IMG/VR virus record: IMGVR_UViG_3300013020_000006
Span: 1 to 40,935 of that record
Source of the DNA: a virus
Taxonomy: Duplodnaviria; Caudoviricetes
Reading direction: 5' to 3' (one strand)
Length of the DNA stretch: 40,935 bases
Shown here: in pieces, positions 8,578-17,560 of the stretch
How the letters are laid out: the number at the start of each line of letters is the position of its first letter
How positions within the stretch are numbered: position 1 is the stretch's first letter
The notes under the pieces: generated by a model
The model's database searches: none
What the model saw: the letters and a program-made list of their open reading frames with translations, nothing else
What the model was told of the DNA's origin: nothing
Program-made: the position numbers and the translations under genes

Positions 8578-9699
8578 TTGAAAATTTATGATACTAACTG
8601 TTTAATTGACAATCCGAGCCTAATTCAGAAAAATAAAGACGAGATTATAGTTCCATTCATTATTTTAGATGAGTTAGATGGTCTAAAGAACAGTAAGAAT
8701 GTTGGATACAATGCTAGAACAGTTTTAAGAGCAATAAAGAAGTATAATATCAAATGCCAAAACTTCAAATTGTCAGAACAAGTTGTAGATAAAGCCCTAT
8801 TGGATATATGTAGGATACACGAATTAGAGTTGATTACTGGAGATTACAGAGTATACCTTGAAGGCAAAGAAAACAATATTAAGTGTGAGCATTACCAACC
8901 AGACATTAACACTTATACTGGAGTAGTTAAAAGAAAACTAACTCCAGATGAATATAATCAGCTACAGGAACATAACTCAGTAGGCTGGAGTAAAGAGAAA
9001 CTACACGAAAACCAATATGTAGACTGCGACTCTATACTAGCAAGATATAGGAGTGGAACACTTCATAAAGTTAGCTGGTCTAACAAGCATAAAATACAAG
9101 GGATTGATGAACTTAACAGAAGACAGGTCATGGCTTATGACGCAATCTTCAATCCAGACATTACTACAGTAATATTATGGGGAGTTGCAGGTACAGGAAA
9201 GACAGCTTTGGCAATAAAATCTGCAATTCAGTTAGCACAACAGGAGAGGTACTCAAATGTTCTACTATCAAGACCTAATGTTCAAATTGGAGAAGAGTTA
9301 GGAATACTACCAGGTGGGATAAAAGAGAAACAAGACCCGTTTATTAAGCCATTCGAGGATAATATGAAAAGTTTCCAAATGAAAACAGTACCAGAAATAC
9401 AGCCACTACAGACTGCTAAAGGTAGAGATATAAAAGATACCTTCTTTATAATAGACGAGGCACAGGACATTGAGCCAGATAAAATGAAAATGCTGGTAGA
9501 AAGAATGGGTAAAGGAAGTAAGCTAGTTTTAACTGGTGATGTAAGACAGGTAGATAAAAGAGGACTATCACCTGCTTATAATGGACTGAGTTTTGTAGCC
9601 AACAGACTAAAAGGAAGTAGATTAACAGCCTGTGTTGAACTAGATAAGGTAGAAAGAAGTGAGTCAGCTAAGGAATTAGGAGAGTTATTAAGGAGGTAA
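8578..9699 (+). CDS. phoH: PIN domain + PhoH ATPase fusion (PhoH2/YlaK-like)
   Basis: PIN motifs YDTNCLI, ELDGLK, ITGD; PhoH motifs GVAGTGKT, LGILPG, KGRDI, IIDEAQD, GDVRQVD, ERS. Confidence 0.92.
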   Translation: MKIYDTNCLIDNPSLIQKNKDEIIVPFIILDELDGLKNSKNVGYNARTVLRAIKKYNIKCQNFKLSEQVVDKALLDICRIHELELITGDYRVYLEGKENNIKCEHYQPDINTYTGVVKRKLTPDEYNQLQEHNSVGWSKEKLHENQYVDCDSILARYRSGTLHKVSWSNKHKIQGIDELNRRQVMAYDAIFNPDITTVILWGVAGTGKTALAIKSAIQLAQQERYSNVLLSRPNVQIGEELGILPGGIKEKQDPFIKPFEDNMKSFQMKTVPEIQPLQTAKGRDIKDTFFIIDEAQDIEPDKMKMLVERMGKGSKLVLTGDVRQVDKRGLSPAYNGLSFVANRLKGSRLTACVELDKVERSESAKELGELLRR

Positions 9700-9704
9700 G
9701 AACA

Positions 9705-9851
9705 ATTAAAGACCTAAGTAGGGAGTGTAGAAACTGTGAATATGGTGAGTTTTATACTATGACAGACTGCTTTAAGGTTTGCCAAATAGGAAAATTTAGA
9801 GAAAAGAAAGCAGGAGAAAACTGCAAATACAGAAAAGACAATAAGATATAG
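9705..9851 (+). CDS. small Cys-rich protein with probable ATT start (48 aa)
   Basis: AGGAGGT 7 nt before ATT; IKDLSRECRNCEYGEFYTMTDCFKVCQIGKFREKKAGENCKYRKDNKI*. Confidence 0.55.
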   Translation: MKDLSRECRNCEYGEFYTMTDCFKVCQIGKFREKKAGENCKYRKDNKI

Positions 9852-9893
9852 AGATAGGTTAAGAGGATAACAGAATAAGACCATTATTTAAGT

Positions 9894-9938
9894 GGGCGGG
9901 GGAAGAGAGAAAAGACTAACTCTTACTCTGCCCCTTTT
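9894..9938 (+). terminator. probable intrinsic terminator of the terL-phoH unit
   Basis: gggcgggggaagag / ctcttactctgccc stem (G-U pairs, one mismatch) then ctttt. Confidence 0.5.
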
Positions 9939-10207
9939 CAGCCCCAGTTCCTTTTAGTCATTTTAGTTAACAATTAAAACTACCTTCAATTTATATGAAC
10001 TAAAGTATGCACCCAGTACTAAAGCCACAGTACAATTTATACAATGAGCATTATCCTTTTAGCCCAATTCTATATAAAAAATATCGAAATCGTTAAAAAT
10101 CAGACCACTTTTAGCCATTTTTCTAAAACAAGGTTTCGCCGACTTGCCTCCAGAGGAGACATATAAGACCCTAAAACCAGAGTTCAAGTACAAGACTGAC
10201 CCTGAGT

Positions 10208-10524
10208 CAACCTCTATATATAAGGCAAAATAGAATTAAGATTTTTCCGATTAAATTAGATATGCTCTATAATGCTCTATTTTACTCCAATATGCTCAGA
10301 CCCGAAAAACCCAGCTAGTTAAGATACTTAACCAGCTTTTTGCAACCTCTATATATAAGGCAAAATAGAATTAAGATTTTTCCGATTAAATAAGATTAAC
10401 TCTGTAATACTCTATAATGCTACCCAGTCTGACCTTGAGTCGAAAAATCAAGCTAGTTAAGATACTTAACCACCTCAACCTCTATATATAAGGCAAAATA
10501 GAATTAAGATTTTTCCGATTAAAT
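10208..10524. repeat. three identical 49-bp repeats at 135/133-bp period
   Basis: caacctctatatataaggcaaaatagaattaagatttttccgattaaat at 10208..10256, 10343..10391, 10476..10524; both inter-repeat segments carry agctagttaagatacttaacca. Confidence 0.95.
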
Positions 10525-10764
10525 CAAGTTAGCTCTCTTATGCTATATAATTTAATTAATTAACAAACGAGTGTTCTACTTTTACCTACTTAAGATGTTT
10601 AACACACAAAAGAAAGAAAAAAATAAAAAAGAAAGACTAGGCAAAGCCCTCGATTTTCAAAAGCTAAAAGAGAGAACTAAAAGCAGACCATTTTAGGTTA
10701 AAATTATGGAGTTTTAGAAAAAGTAAGGAAGGAGTTGAAAAATTGGGGAAATTCGGAAAAACAT

Positions 10765-10793
10765 TTGACTATGGAAAAACATTATTATATAAT
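10765..10793 (+). promoter_or_regulatory. sigma-A-type promoter for the structural operon
   Basis: TTGACT (10765-10770), 17 nt spacer, TATAAT (10788-10793). Confidence 0.8.
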
Positions 10794-10843
10794 ATAAGTG
10801 GAGAGTGGAAAGGGTCAAATATCCCCAGTAGATTTTTTTTAAT

Positions 10844-10938
10844 TAGGCAAGTGATATAGAACTGTAATAAGGTAAATAAGAGTTTTTGCCCGAGAGGGAT
10901 TTTCTCTTACGCATTTTAAGTTCTGTATCACTTGCCTA
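10844..10938 (+). promoter_or_regulatory. long RNA hairpin in the 5' leader
   Basis: 20-bp stem taggcaagtgatatagaact / agttctgtatcacttgccta (one U-G), inner taagag/ctctta, apical ccc-GAGA-ggg. Confidence 0.7.
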
Positions 10939-10975
10939 TTTCTATGTTTAGAAGTAGAAAGGAAGGAGGGAGAAT

Positions 10976-11152
10976 ATGCCTGTATTTAATAAGAAGAAAA
11001 ATAGGAGTAACATTCATCAGACTAGACTAACTAGTTCAAGACAGGGTGATGAGCAAGGCTTAACTGTACCTAGAGATAATAAAGGTAGAGACAAAGCTAA
11101 GAACATACCTGCTGGAACTAAGGAGGCTTTTAATGCTGGTAAGAACGCATAA
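10976..11152 (+). CDS. small basic protein (58 aa, not in ORF track)
   Basis: aaggaggg RBS, ATG 10976; MPVFNKKKNRSNIHQTRLTSSRQG...AGKNA*. Confidence 0.7.
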   Translation: MPVFNKKKNRSNIHQTRLTSSRQGDEQGLTVPRDNKGRDKAKNIPAGTKEAFNAGKNA

Positions 11153-11172
11153 ATTAATTACAGGTGACGATT

Positions 11173-11460
11173 ATGGAAAATGAAAATAAAGATATGATTT
11201 CAGAGGAAAGAGAAGATATGGAAAGATATAATCGTGAACCCACAAGAGAAGAAATGAAGTCAATGAGCCGAGAGGAGATTAAAAGGACTACTAATGCTAA
11301 CCAATATCTCAAACAATCAGAAATGGAAACAAAAGAGGAAAGAGAAAGAAGACAAACTAAAGTAAAAGATATGCTAAAAAAGGTTAGAGATAGTCAAGTA
11401 GGAGTTACAGATAGTACTCTTAATGGCTCTTTTAAGGAAGGTGCTGGTATAGATGAATAG
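11173..11460 (+). CDS. hypothetical charged protein preceding portal
   Basis: aggtga RBS before ATG 11173; stop overlaps portal start. Confidence 0.7.
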   Translation: MENENKDMISEEREDMERYNREPTREEMKSMSREEIKRTTNANQYLKQSEMETKEERERRQTKVKDMLKKVRDSQVGVTDSTLNGSFKEGAGIDE

Positions 11461-12934
11461 TGTTACCAATCCTCTAGTCACCAGACCAGACGAACTAAGC
11501 GATAAACACTCAAAGAGAATACAAGAATACTCTAAGATGTGGAAATTTTATGATGGAGACCATTGGGATAGAGATAGAGCCGTAGAAAGACTTATAACTT
11601 TTAACTACAGTAAGGCTATTGTAGATAAGTCAGTAAGTTTTCTATTTGGCAAAGGTTTTAGAATAAAGCCACACAAAGATTATACTGAGATTAAAGAAAT
11701 GGTAGAAGAAGTGTGGCAGTATAACAATAAGGATATTACTGGAATAGAGATAGGACAAATGGGTGCAGTAACAGGCGACTCATTTATTCGTGTTTCTTGG
11801 GAGAACGGTAAGAAAAATTCTCAAGGGATACCACACGATTTAGAATACCCAGATGGGAAAGTTAGAATTGATGTGCTATCAAGTAGTATGGTATTCCCAG
11901 AATATGCTACCCATAATAAGAACGAAATGGTTTCCTGTAAGATAATTTATGTAATTCTACAGAAAGACGAGAAAAGTGGGAAGATACAACCCAAGTTATA
12001 TAAGGAAGAGATAACTAGGGATAAAATCAAATACTATGTAGACGATAAACTACAGAAAGAAATAGATAATGTTGTAGGAAAGATAAATGTAGTCCATATT
12101 AGAAATTTACCTAAGGCAGGTAAGAGTTATGGGCAGAGTGATTTAAAAGCAGTTACAGATTTACAGAAGGAACTCAACGAAAAAGTTACAGATGTTAGTG
12201 ATATTATAAATTATCATGCCGCACCTATTACGATTATAAAAGGTGCAAAGTCTAAAAATCTTGAGAAAGGTGCTAGAAAGGTTTGGGGTGGATTACCTGC
12301 TGACGCAGATGTATATAATTTGAAACTAGAGTCAGATTTAGGTGCCTCAAATAAATATATTGGGAAAATCAAAACAGCAATATCTGAGTTATCCAACACA
12401 CCAGAGGATAGTTTGGGAGGAGAGTCAAATATCTCAAACACAACTGGAGTAGCCTTAAGAGTAAAATATGCACCTCTTTTAGAAAAGACATGGATTAAAC
12501 GCAGAACTTATGGAAGAGGGATAAAGGAAGTTTGCAAATTGATATTACTCTATTTAAAGGTTAAGGGTGATGAAGAACAGCAAGATATTTTAGACGAGGT
12601 TATAGATGGTGATGACCCAAAAGAGATAAGAAAACTATTTGATTTTACAATTAAGTTTCCAGACCCACTACCAAAAGATGAATTAGTAGAATTACAGAAA
12701 ATCGCACAAAAGTTAAATATGGGAATTGAAACTCCCAAAGGTGCTTTAGAGGAATTAGGTTATGAAGGAAATATCCAAGAGAAACTAGACGAAATTAGAG
12801 AGTATCAGAAACAGGCTCAAAGAGACATGTTCGATATAGGCTCAGAAAATAGTGCTGAGAATATTGATATTGGTGGTATAAAATCTGACCTAGATGGAAA
12901 AGTAGAAAATGAACAGCAAGGCTTAGAAGAGTAG
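11453..12934 (+). CDS. portal protein (SPP1 gp6-like)
   Basis: FYDGDHW, NYSKAIVDKSVSFLFG, VTGDSF, YGQSDL, TGVALR motifs; 493 aa; position. Confidence 0.9.
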   Translation: MNSVTNPLVTRPDELSDKHSKRIQEYSKMWKFYDGDHWDRDRAVERLITFNYSKAIVDKSVSFLFGKGFRIKPHKDYTEIKEMVEEVWQYNNKDITGIEIGQMGAVTGDSFIRVSWENGKKNSQGIPHDLEYPDGKVRIDVLSSSMVFPEYATHNKNEMVSCKIIYVILQKDEKSGKIQPKLYKEEITRDKIKYYVDDKLQKEIDNVVGKINVVHIRNLPKAGKSYGQSDLKAVTDLQKELNEKVTDVSDIINYHAAPITIIKGAKSKNLEKGARKVWGGLPADADVYNLKLESDLGASNKYIGKIKTAISELSNTPEDSLGGESNISNTTGVALRVKYAPLLEKTWIKRRTYGRGIKEVCKLILLYLKVKGDEEQQDILDEVIDGDDPKEIRKLFDFTIKFPDPLPKDELVELQKIAQKLNMGIETPKGALEELGYEGNIQEKLDEIREYQKQAQRDMFDIGSENSAENIDIGGIKSDLDGKVENEQQGLEE

Positions 12935-12944
12935 GTGATTAAAG

Positions 12945-15900
12945 TTGCCTTATGATAAGAAACAGTTAATAGACAGAAAAAAGTTACACGACATTCATAC
13001 AGAGTACGCAGAGAATATCAATAAAGCAACCTTTGATAAAGTCCTAGACGACTCTGATGTAAAATCAAGGTATAACAGGCACTACTATCGTTCACTAAAT
13101 ATGGAAGACGAAGTAAAGCAGGTAGTCAATAAAACAAAGGAACAGCGACTACAACAAGAGTTATATCGACAAAATCAGAGAATGAAAGAACATGGACTAC
13201 AACCTTTTAGTAGAACTGAAATGGAGAAAGTAAAAAATGGTGCTATGAAAGAACTACAAGGTGAGTTCAAAGGTGCAACAATGGATAAGAGATTAGAGGT
13301 TTCTCGTAAGAAGATAAACCAAAGGTATAGGAAAGAGATACCCAGAGCAACTACTGAAAAAGGTCTGAAAAACGCTAAAAAAGACACATATAAATACATG
13401 ACTGACAGTAGAGAAACTGGGAGAAGTCTTAGGGGAGGGAGTTCTTTCAAGTATAATGAAAGACTTCTGATTTCAGAACAGGAAAGAGCAAACCAAGAGG
13501 CAACAAAGAAACTGGCAGAAATGAAAGACTTGTTGATGTCATGGAATTTAAACCCTAGTCATAAGATTTATGACATTTGTGATGAACACGCAACTACAGT
13601 AGGAGTCGAGGCACAAAGATATATAAGTAAATATGAAATACAAGATGTGGAAATGGAAGGGTTATATACATCAGCAGAAGTTCCAGAATATCCTCACCCA
13701 TATTGTCAATGTATGTTAGATATTGTATTGACCGATAACTATGGTATGAATACAGTAGCCATAGAGAATATTGAAAGTGGTCTAGGTCAGAACATGGCAG
13801 ACTACAATGACTATAACATGGTAAGTCCAGAAAGCCAGAAGTACATTCGTGAGTGGAGAGAAAGGAATTACCGATACAACAAGCCATGGGATTATACTAG
13901 ACGGTCAAAACAGGAGAAACTGAAAGCCTTAGAGAAAATAAGAGATGAAACTGATGTAGGAATGGAAGGAGTTCTAAACTTACATCAAGGAACTAAGAAG
14001 AGGGCTTTAGAGAAATACATTGAAGAAGGTGGAATAAGAGGATACCAAGAAGTATCGAAGAATATTTTAGGTTATTCATTAGACGCTGACATTATCGAAG
14101 ATATAGGAGTAGACCAAGCAATTAAAATAATGGCTTTAGATGTAAAGAAAAACCCGAACTTAGATATGGAAGATGTTGTTAGTGGTCTAAGTAAATATAT
14201 AGACGATAGAATGAGTATTGAAATGAAGAAGTCATTAGCAGAGGCTAAGAAACACATGGAAAGTGCTTATGAGAAAGTGAAAGCTGTAAAAGATGGCTCG
14301 GCTACAAGAAGAGCAGTAATGGGAATGAGAAGAAAAGCAGTACAACAGGCAAGAACTGAACTAGGTGACGCAGTTGGATATGCAGAGGCACACGAAAGAT
14401 TACTCAGAGAATTACGAGGTGCTATGGAAGACCCAGACAGCTTAAAATATGTAAACATACCACAGGCAAGAAGGGCAACAAATACTGTGGTAGATAAACT
14501 GGGCGTATCAGCAAAAAACTATACTGTAGATACCTTAGATGGAAGAAAGAACATTATAGTAGGGTATGATGGAATAGAAGAGATAACAGATAAGTGGTCT
14601 TCTAATAAAGGTCAGTTATCTATAACAGAGAAACTCAATAGAATAAGACAGGGAAAAGAAAATAAAGATGGTTGGCTACCTAACCACATGAAAAGTACCT
14701 ATACTAAGAATGGTAAGGAATATGACTTTAAATTAAGGGCAGACCAGCAGACAGGTATAAGATTTATAAGAGAAAACAAGACAGGGTTAATACATTACAA
14801 GCCCGGTGCTGGAAAAACGCATACTGCAATAGGCTCAATATCAGAGGCTTATGACGCAGGTGCTAACAAAGTTTTAGTTGTAGTTCCAGAGGACTTAGTA
14901 AGACAGTTCTCAAAAGAGATTGATGATTTTACTGATGACGCTATCACAGTTAGAGACTACAAGGCATACCTTAGCAAGAAAAAGAGGATAGAAATGTATG
15001 AGAATGACGACTCCTTCGTTCATGTAATAAGTCATAAAATGCTTAAGAATGATGGAGATTTAAAAGATATAGCTTACACAAAGGCAAACTCTTTAGCAGA
15101 CTTTGGTTGGGATATGACAGTAGTTGATGAGATACATCAAATCACAGGAAAGACAGCAAGGAACTTGAAAAAGCTGGATACTGAATATAAAGTAGGACTA
15201 ACAGGTACAGCAGTAAGAGATAGCGTAATGGATATGTACGATACACTCGATTGGTTACACCCAGATGGACTGCCCCCGAAATATAAGCTGGAGGGCAAAT
15301 TTAAAGATATAACTAAGGCATCAAGTTTATATGAAGAGTCAGTATTAAGAGACTTAAGAGATTTATTGAAACCTTTATCAATTACAAGAGATAGTCCAGT
15401 AGAGGCAAGAAAAATTCAAAGGACTATTCGTGCAGGTTTATCTGAGTGGCAGGAACAACAGCTAAAAATCATTGAGAAAGAGGCACAGGATAGAATAGAT
15501 AGAGGTAGAATGGCAGTAAGTAAAGTAAGAGCCATAGAGAAAGATAAACTCAATAAGGTCATAAATGCTGGTGGAGAAAAGAATGGTAAACTCAAGGTCT
15601 TAGATGATTTAATAGATAATAAGTATAAAGATGAAAAGAAACTGATTTTTAGTTCAGACCTAGATGGTGTAGAAACATTGAAAAACCATTTAGACGAAGA
15701 CAGGGCTTTAATCTATACAGCTAAAGATTTAACTGACTCAGAAAGAATGAAAGTTATACAGGAGTTTAAGACAAACCCCGATAAAGATGTGTTGGTCTTA
15801 TCAGACGCAGGGGCAACAGGATTGAACTTACAGGAGTCAGATGTAACGATACATTGGGATTTACCCGATAAATATTATAAGCTGGAACAGAGAGAGGCAA

Positions 15901-16091
15901 GAAACTGGCGTGGACTCAAAACAGGTGAGGTAAATGCAATTAAGTTAAAGACTCGTTCTTCTTATGATGATAGAATACTAAATGAGTTAAACAGGACTCA
16001 GAAAATAAGTGACGCACCCAAGAAGGCAGAGCAGATTGACGAACTAGGTGTTGCTCAGTATTTAAGAGATGTAACACAAGGGAGTGAATAA
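12945..16091 (+). CDS. MuF/SPP1-gp7-like minor head protein fused to a SNF2-family helicase/ATPase
   Basis: N-part: WNLNPSH..YDICD...PEYPHPYCQC; C-part: LRADQ, YKPGAGKT, VLVVVP, VVDEIH, GLTGT, SDAGATGLNLQ, LEQREARNWR; directly after portal. Confidence 0.85.
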   Translation: MPYDKKQLIDRKKLHDIHTEYAENINKATFDKVLDDSDVKSRYNRHYYRSLNMEDEVKQVVNKTKEQRLQQELYRQNQRMKEHGLQPFSRTEMEKVKNGAMKELQGEFKGATMDKRLEVSRKKINQRYRKEIPRATTEKGLKNAKKDTYKYMTDSRETGRSLRGGSSFKYNERLLISEQERANQEATKKLAEMKDLLMSWNLNPSHKIYDICDEHATTVGVEAQRYISKYEIQDVEMEGLYTSAEVPEYPHPYCQCMLDIVLTDNYGMNTVAIENIESGLGQNMADYNDYNMVSPESQKYIREWRERNYRYNKPWDYTRRSKQEKLKALEKIRDETDVGMEGVLNLHQGTKKRALEKYIEEGGIRGYQEVSKNILGYSLDADIIEDIGVDQAIKIMALDVKKNPNLDMEDVVSGLSKYIDDRMSIEMKKSLAEAKKHMESAYEKVKAVKDGSATRRAVMGMRRKAVQQARTELGDAVGYAEAHERLLRELRGAMEDPDSLKYVNIPQARRATNTVVDKLGVSAKNYTVDTLDGRKNIIVGYDGIEEITDKWSSNKGQLSITEKLNRIRQGKENKDGWLPNHMKSTYTKNGKEYDFKLRADQQTGIRFIRENKTGLIHYKPGAGKTHTAIGSISEAYDAGANKVLVVVPEDLVRQFSKEIDDFTDDAITVRDYKAYLSKKKRIEMYENDDSFVHVISHKMLKNDGDLKDIAYTKANSLADFGWDMTVVDEIHQITGKTARNLKKLDTEYKVGLTGTAVRDSVMDMYDTLDWLHPDGLPPKYKLEGKFKDITKASSLYEESVLRDLRDLLKPLSITRDSPVEARKIQRTIRAGLSEWQEQQLKIIEKEAQDRIDRGRMAVSKVRAIEKDKLNKVINAGGEKNGKLKVLDDLIDNKYKDEKKLIFSSDLDGVETLKNHLDEDRALIYTAKDLTDSERMKVIQEFKTNPDKDVLVLSDAGATGLNLQESDVTIHWDLPDKYYKLEQREARNWRGLKTGEVNAIKLKTRSSYDDRILNELNRTQKISDAPKKAEQIDELGVAQYLRDVTQGSE

Positions 16092-16406
16092 ATGATAATA
16101 ATAACTTTTTATAATGATGGGTATATTACGAGAGGACACTCAGATGATGTAACTTGTACTCAAATATCAGCTATGCAATATATTATAGAAGGCTCTATTT
16201 TAGAAGTAGACGAAAAGGCAAAATGTAAAGATGGAGAAAAAGGAACAGGTCTTACAGCTTTACTTGTAGAGAGTGAGTTAGCTTTAAAGCTGTTAGATAG
16301 GTATAAAGAAGATATAAAAGTTTGGCTTAATAATGTAGCTGAAAAAGGTAAGTACAAGATTGAATATAAAAACGAGAATTTAGATTGGAATATGGTAAAT
16401 CAATAG
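16092..16406 (+). CDS. prp: Prp-like (YsxB family) cysteine protease
   Basis: 104 aa; MIIITF...RGHS-DDVTCTQISA matches the Prp GH..VCA.VS His-Cys motif; in head module. Confidence 0.7.
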   Translation: MIIITFYNDGYITRGHSDDVTCTQISAMQYIIEGSILEVDEKAKCKDGEKGTGLTALLVESELALKLLDRYKEDIKVWLNNVAEKGKYKIEYKNENLDWNMVNQ

Positions 16407-16418
16407 AGGTGAGTTACT

Positions 16419-16736
16419 TTGGGTCAACTAAGAAGTTATATTGATGATATGCAGGACTTGTTAGCAGACACAGAAATGGACTTACAGGAACTAATGGAAA
16501 GAGAAGAAGAAATACTAGAGGAGAATGAGGATAAGCTAATAGATTTAAGAGAGAAAAGTGAGAAAGTAAGAAAGAAAGTTATGAGAGAGATGGAGAAAGA
16601 CAGACCAAATTTAAGAAAGGTTGAGAATTACAGGCTGGAATATGAGAGACTACTTTTAGAACAAGGTGATGTAATAAGAGCAATTGTTTTAGGTAGAGAA
16701 AATATTGCAGGTTGTGAGTTACAACTAGAATACTAA
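16419..16736 (+). CDS. hypothetical coiled-coil protein
   Basis: gaggtga RBS, TTG start. Confidence 0.7.
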   Translation: MGQLRSYIDDMQDLLADTEMDLQELMEREEEILEENEDKLIDLREKSEKVRKKVMREMEKDRPNLRKVENYRLEYERLLLEQGDVIRAIVLGRENIAGCELQLEY

Positions 16737-16755
16737 AAATAGGAGGAAGATAAAC

Positions 16756-17532
16756 ATGGCTAAGCCAGAAGAAAAGACTAATGAAACAGAAGTAGACCAA
16801 GAAACTAACGAGGAAGAGACAGTTGTAGTAAAACAAAGTGAGAGTACTAAGGAAGAGGAGACTAAGGTTAATCTTGAAGACCTGTCTTTACAGGACTTAT
16901 TGCAGAAACCTGAAGTTAAACAGTTTGTAGAGAAAGCAAGAAAGCAAGAGAAAGACAAACTCTATGACGAGATTAAAAGGAAAGAGGATAAGGTTAAGGC
17001 AAAGGAAAAAGAGATTAAGGACATGGAGACTAAGATTAAGAAACTGGAAACTTCGTTGGAAAAAGAAGAGGAGGAGAAATCAGCAATCAAAGATAAGTAC
17101 AAGACTATACTAGATGACTTAAAAGAAGATGTGAACAGTATGAAGGAAGAAAACAAGACATTAGGACTTGAGGCATACAAGGAAAGAAAGATTAGAGAAC
17201 TTAAAGAAGAAGGCAAAGGACTTATCGAGTCAATTGTTGGAGGTGATAGTAAGGAAGAGATAGATAAATCTATTACTAAAGCTGTAGAAGAATATGACAA
17301 GATTGTTGAGGAAGTTAGTACTAAAGAACAGAAGGAAAAAGAGTTAAAAGAAAAAGAAGAGAAGGAAAGAAAGAAGAAAGAGAAAGAAGAGGCAGAATTG
17401 CCTAATCCGACAAACCCAGAAATGGATACTGGAGGAGAGTCAGAGTTAAACATTAGTGATATTGATAATATGTCAGTTGAGGAATGGAAGGAAAGACGAG
17501 ACGAAATTAAAAGAAGAATGGGAATTAAGTAA
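16756..17532 (+). CDS. capsid scaffolding protein
   Basis: E/K-rich coiled coil, ARKQEKDKLY motif, directly upstream of capsid gene. Confidence 0.8.
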   Translation: MAKPEEKTNETEVDQETNEEETVVVKQSESTKEEETKVNLEDLSLQDLLQKPEVKQFVEKARKQEKDKLYDEIKRKEDKVKAKEKEIKDMETKIKKLETSLEKEEEEKSAIKDKYKTILDDLKEDVNSMKEENKTLGLEAYKERKIRELKEEGKGLIESIVGGDSKEEIDKSITKAVEEYDKIVEEVSTKEQKEKELKEKEEKERKKKEKEEAELPNPTNPEMDTGGESELNISDIDNMSVEEWKERRDEIKRRMGIK

Positions 17533-17560
17533 GACCAAAAATTTAAGGGAGGAATAATAA

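Noticed and set aside
10208-10524. CRISPR mini-array
   Set aside because: Inter-repeat segments are 84-86 nt and similar to each other rather than unique spacers; no cas genes in the window
10976-11460. Terminase small subunit among the ORFs before portal
   Set aside because: No helix-turn-helix or recognisable terS motif; left as hypothetical
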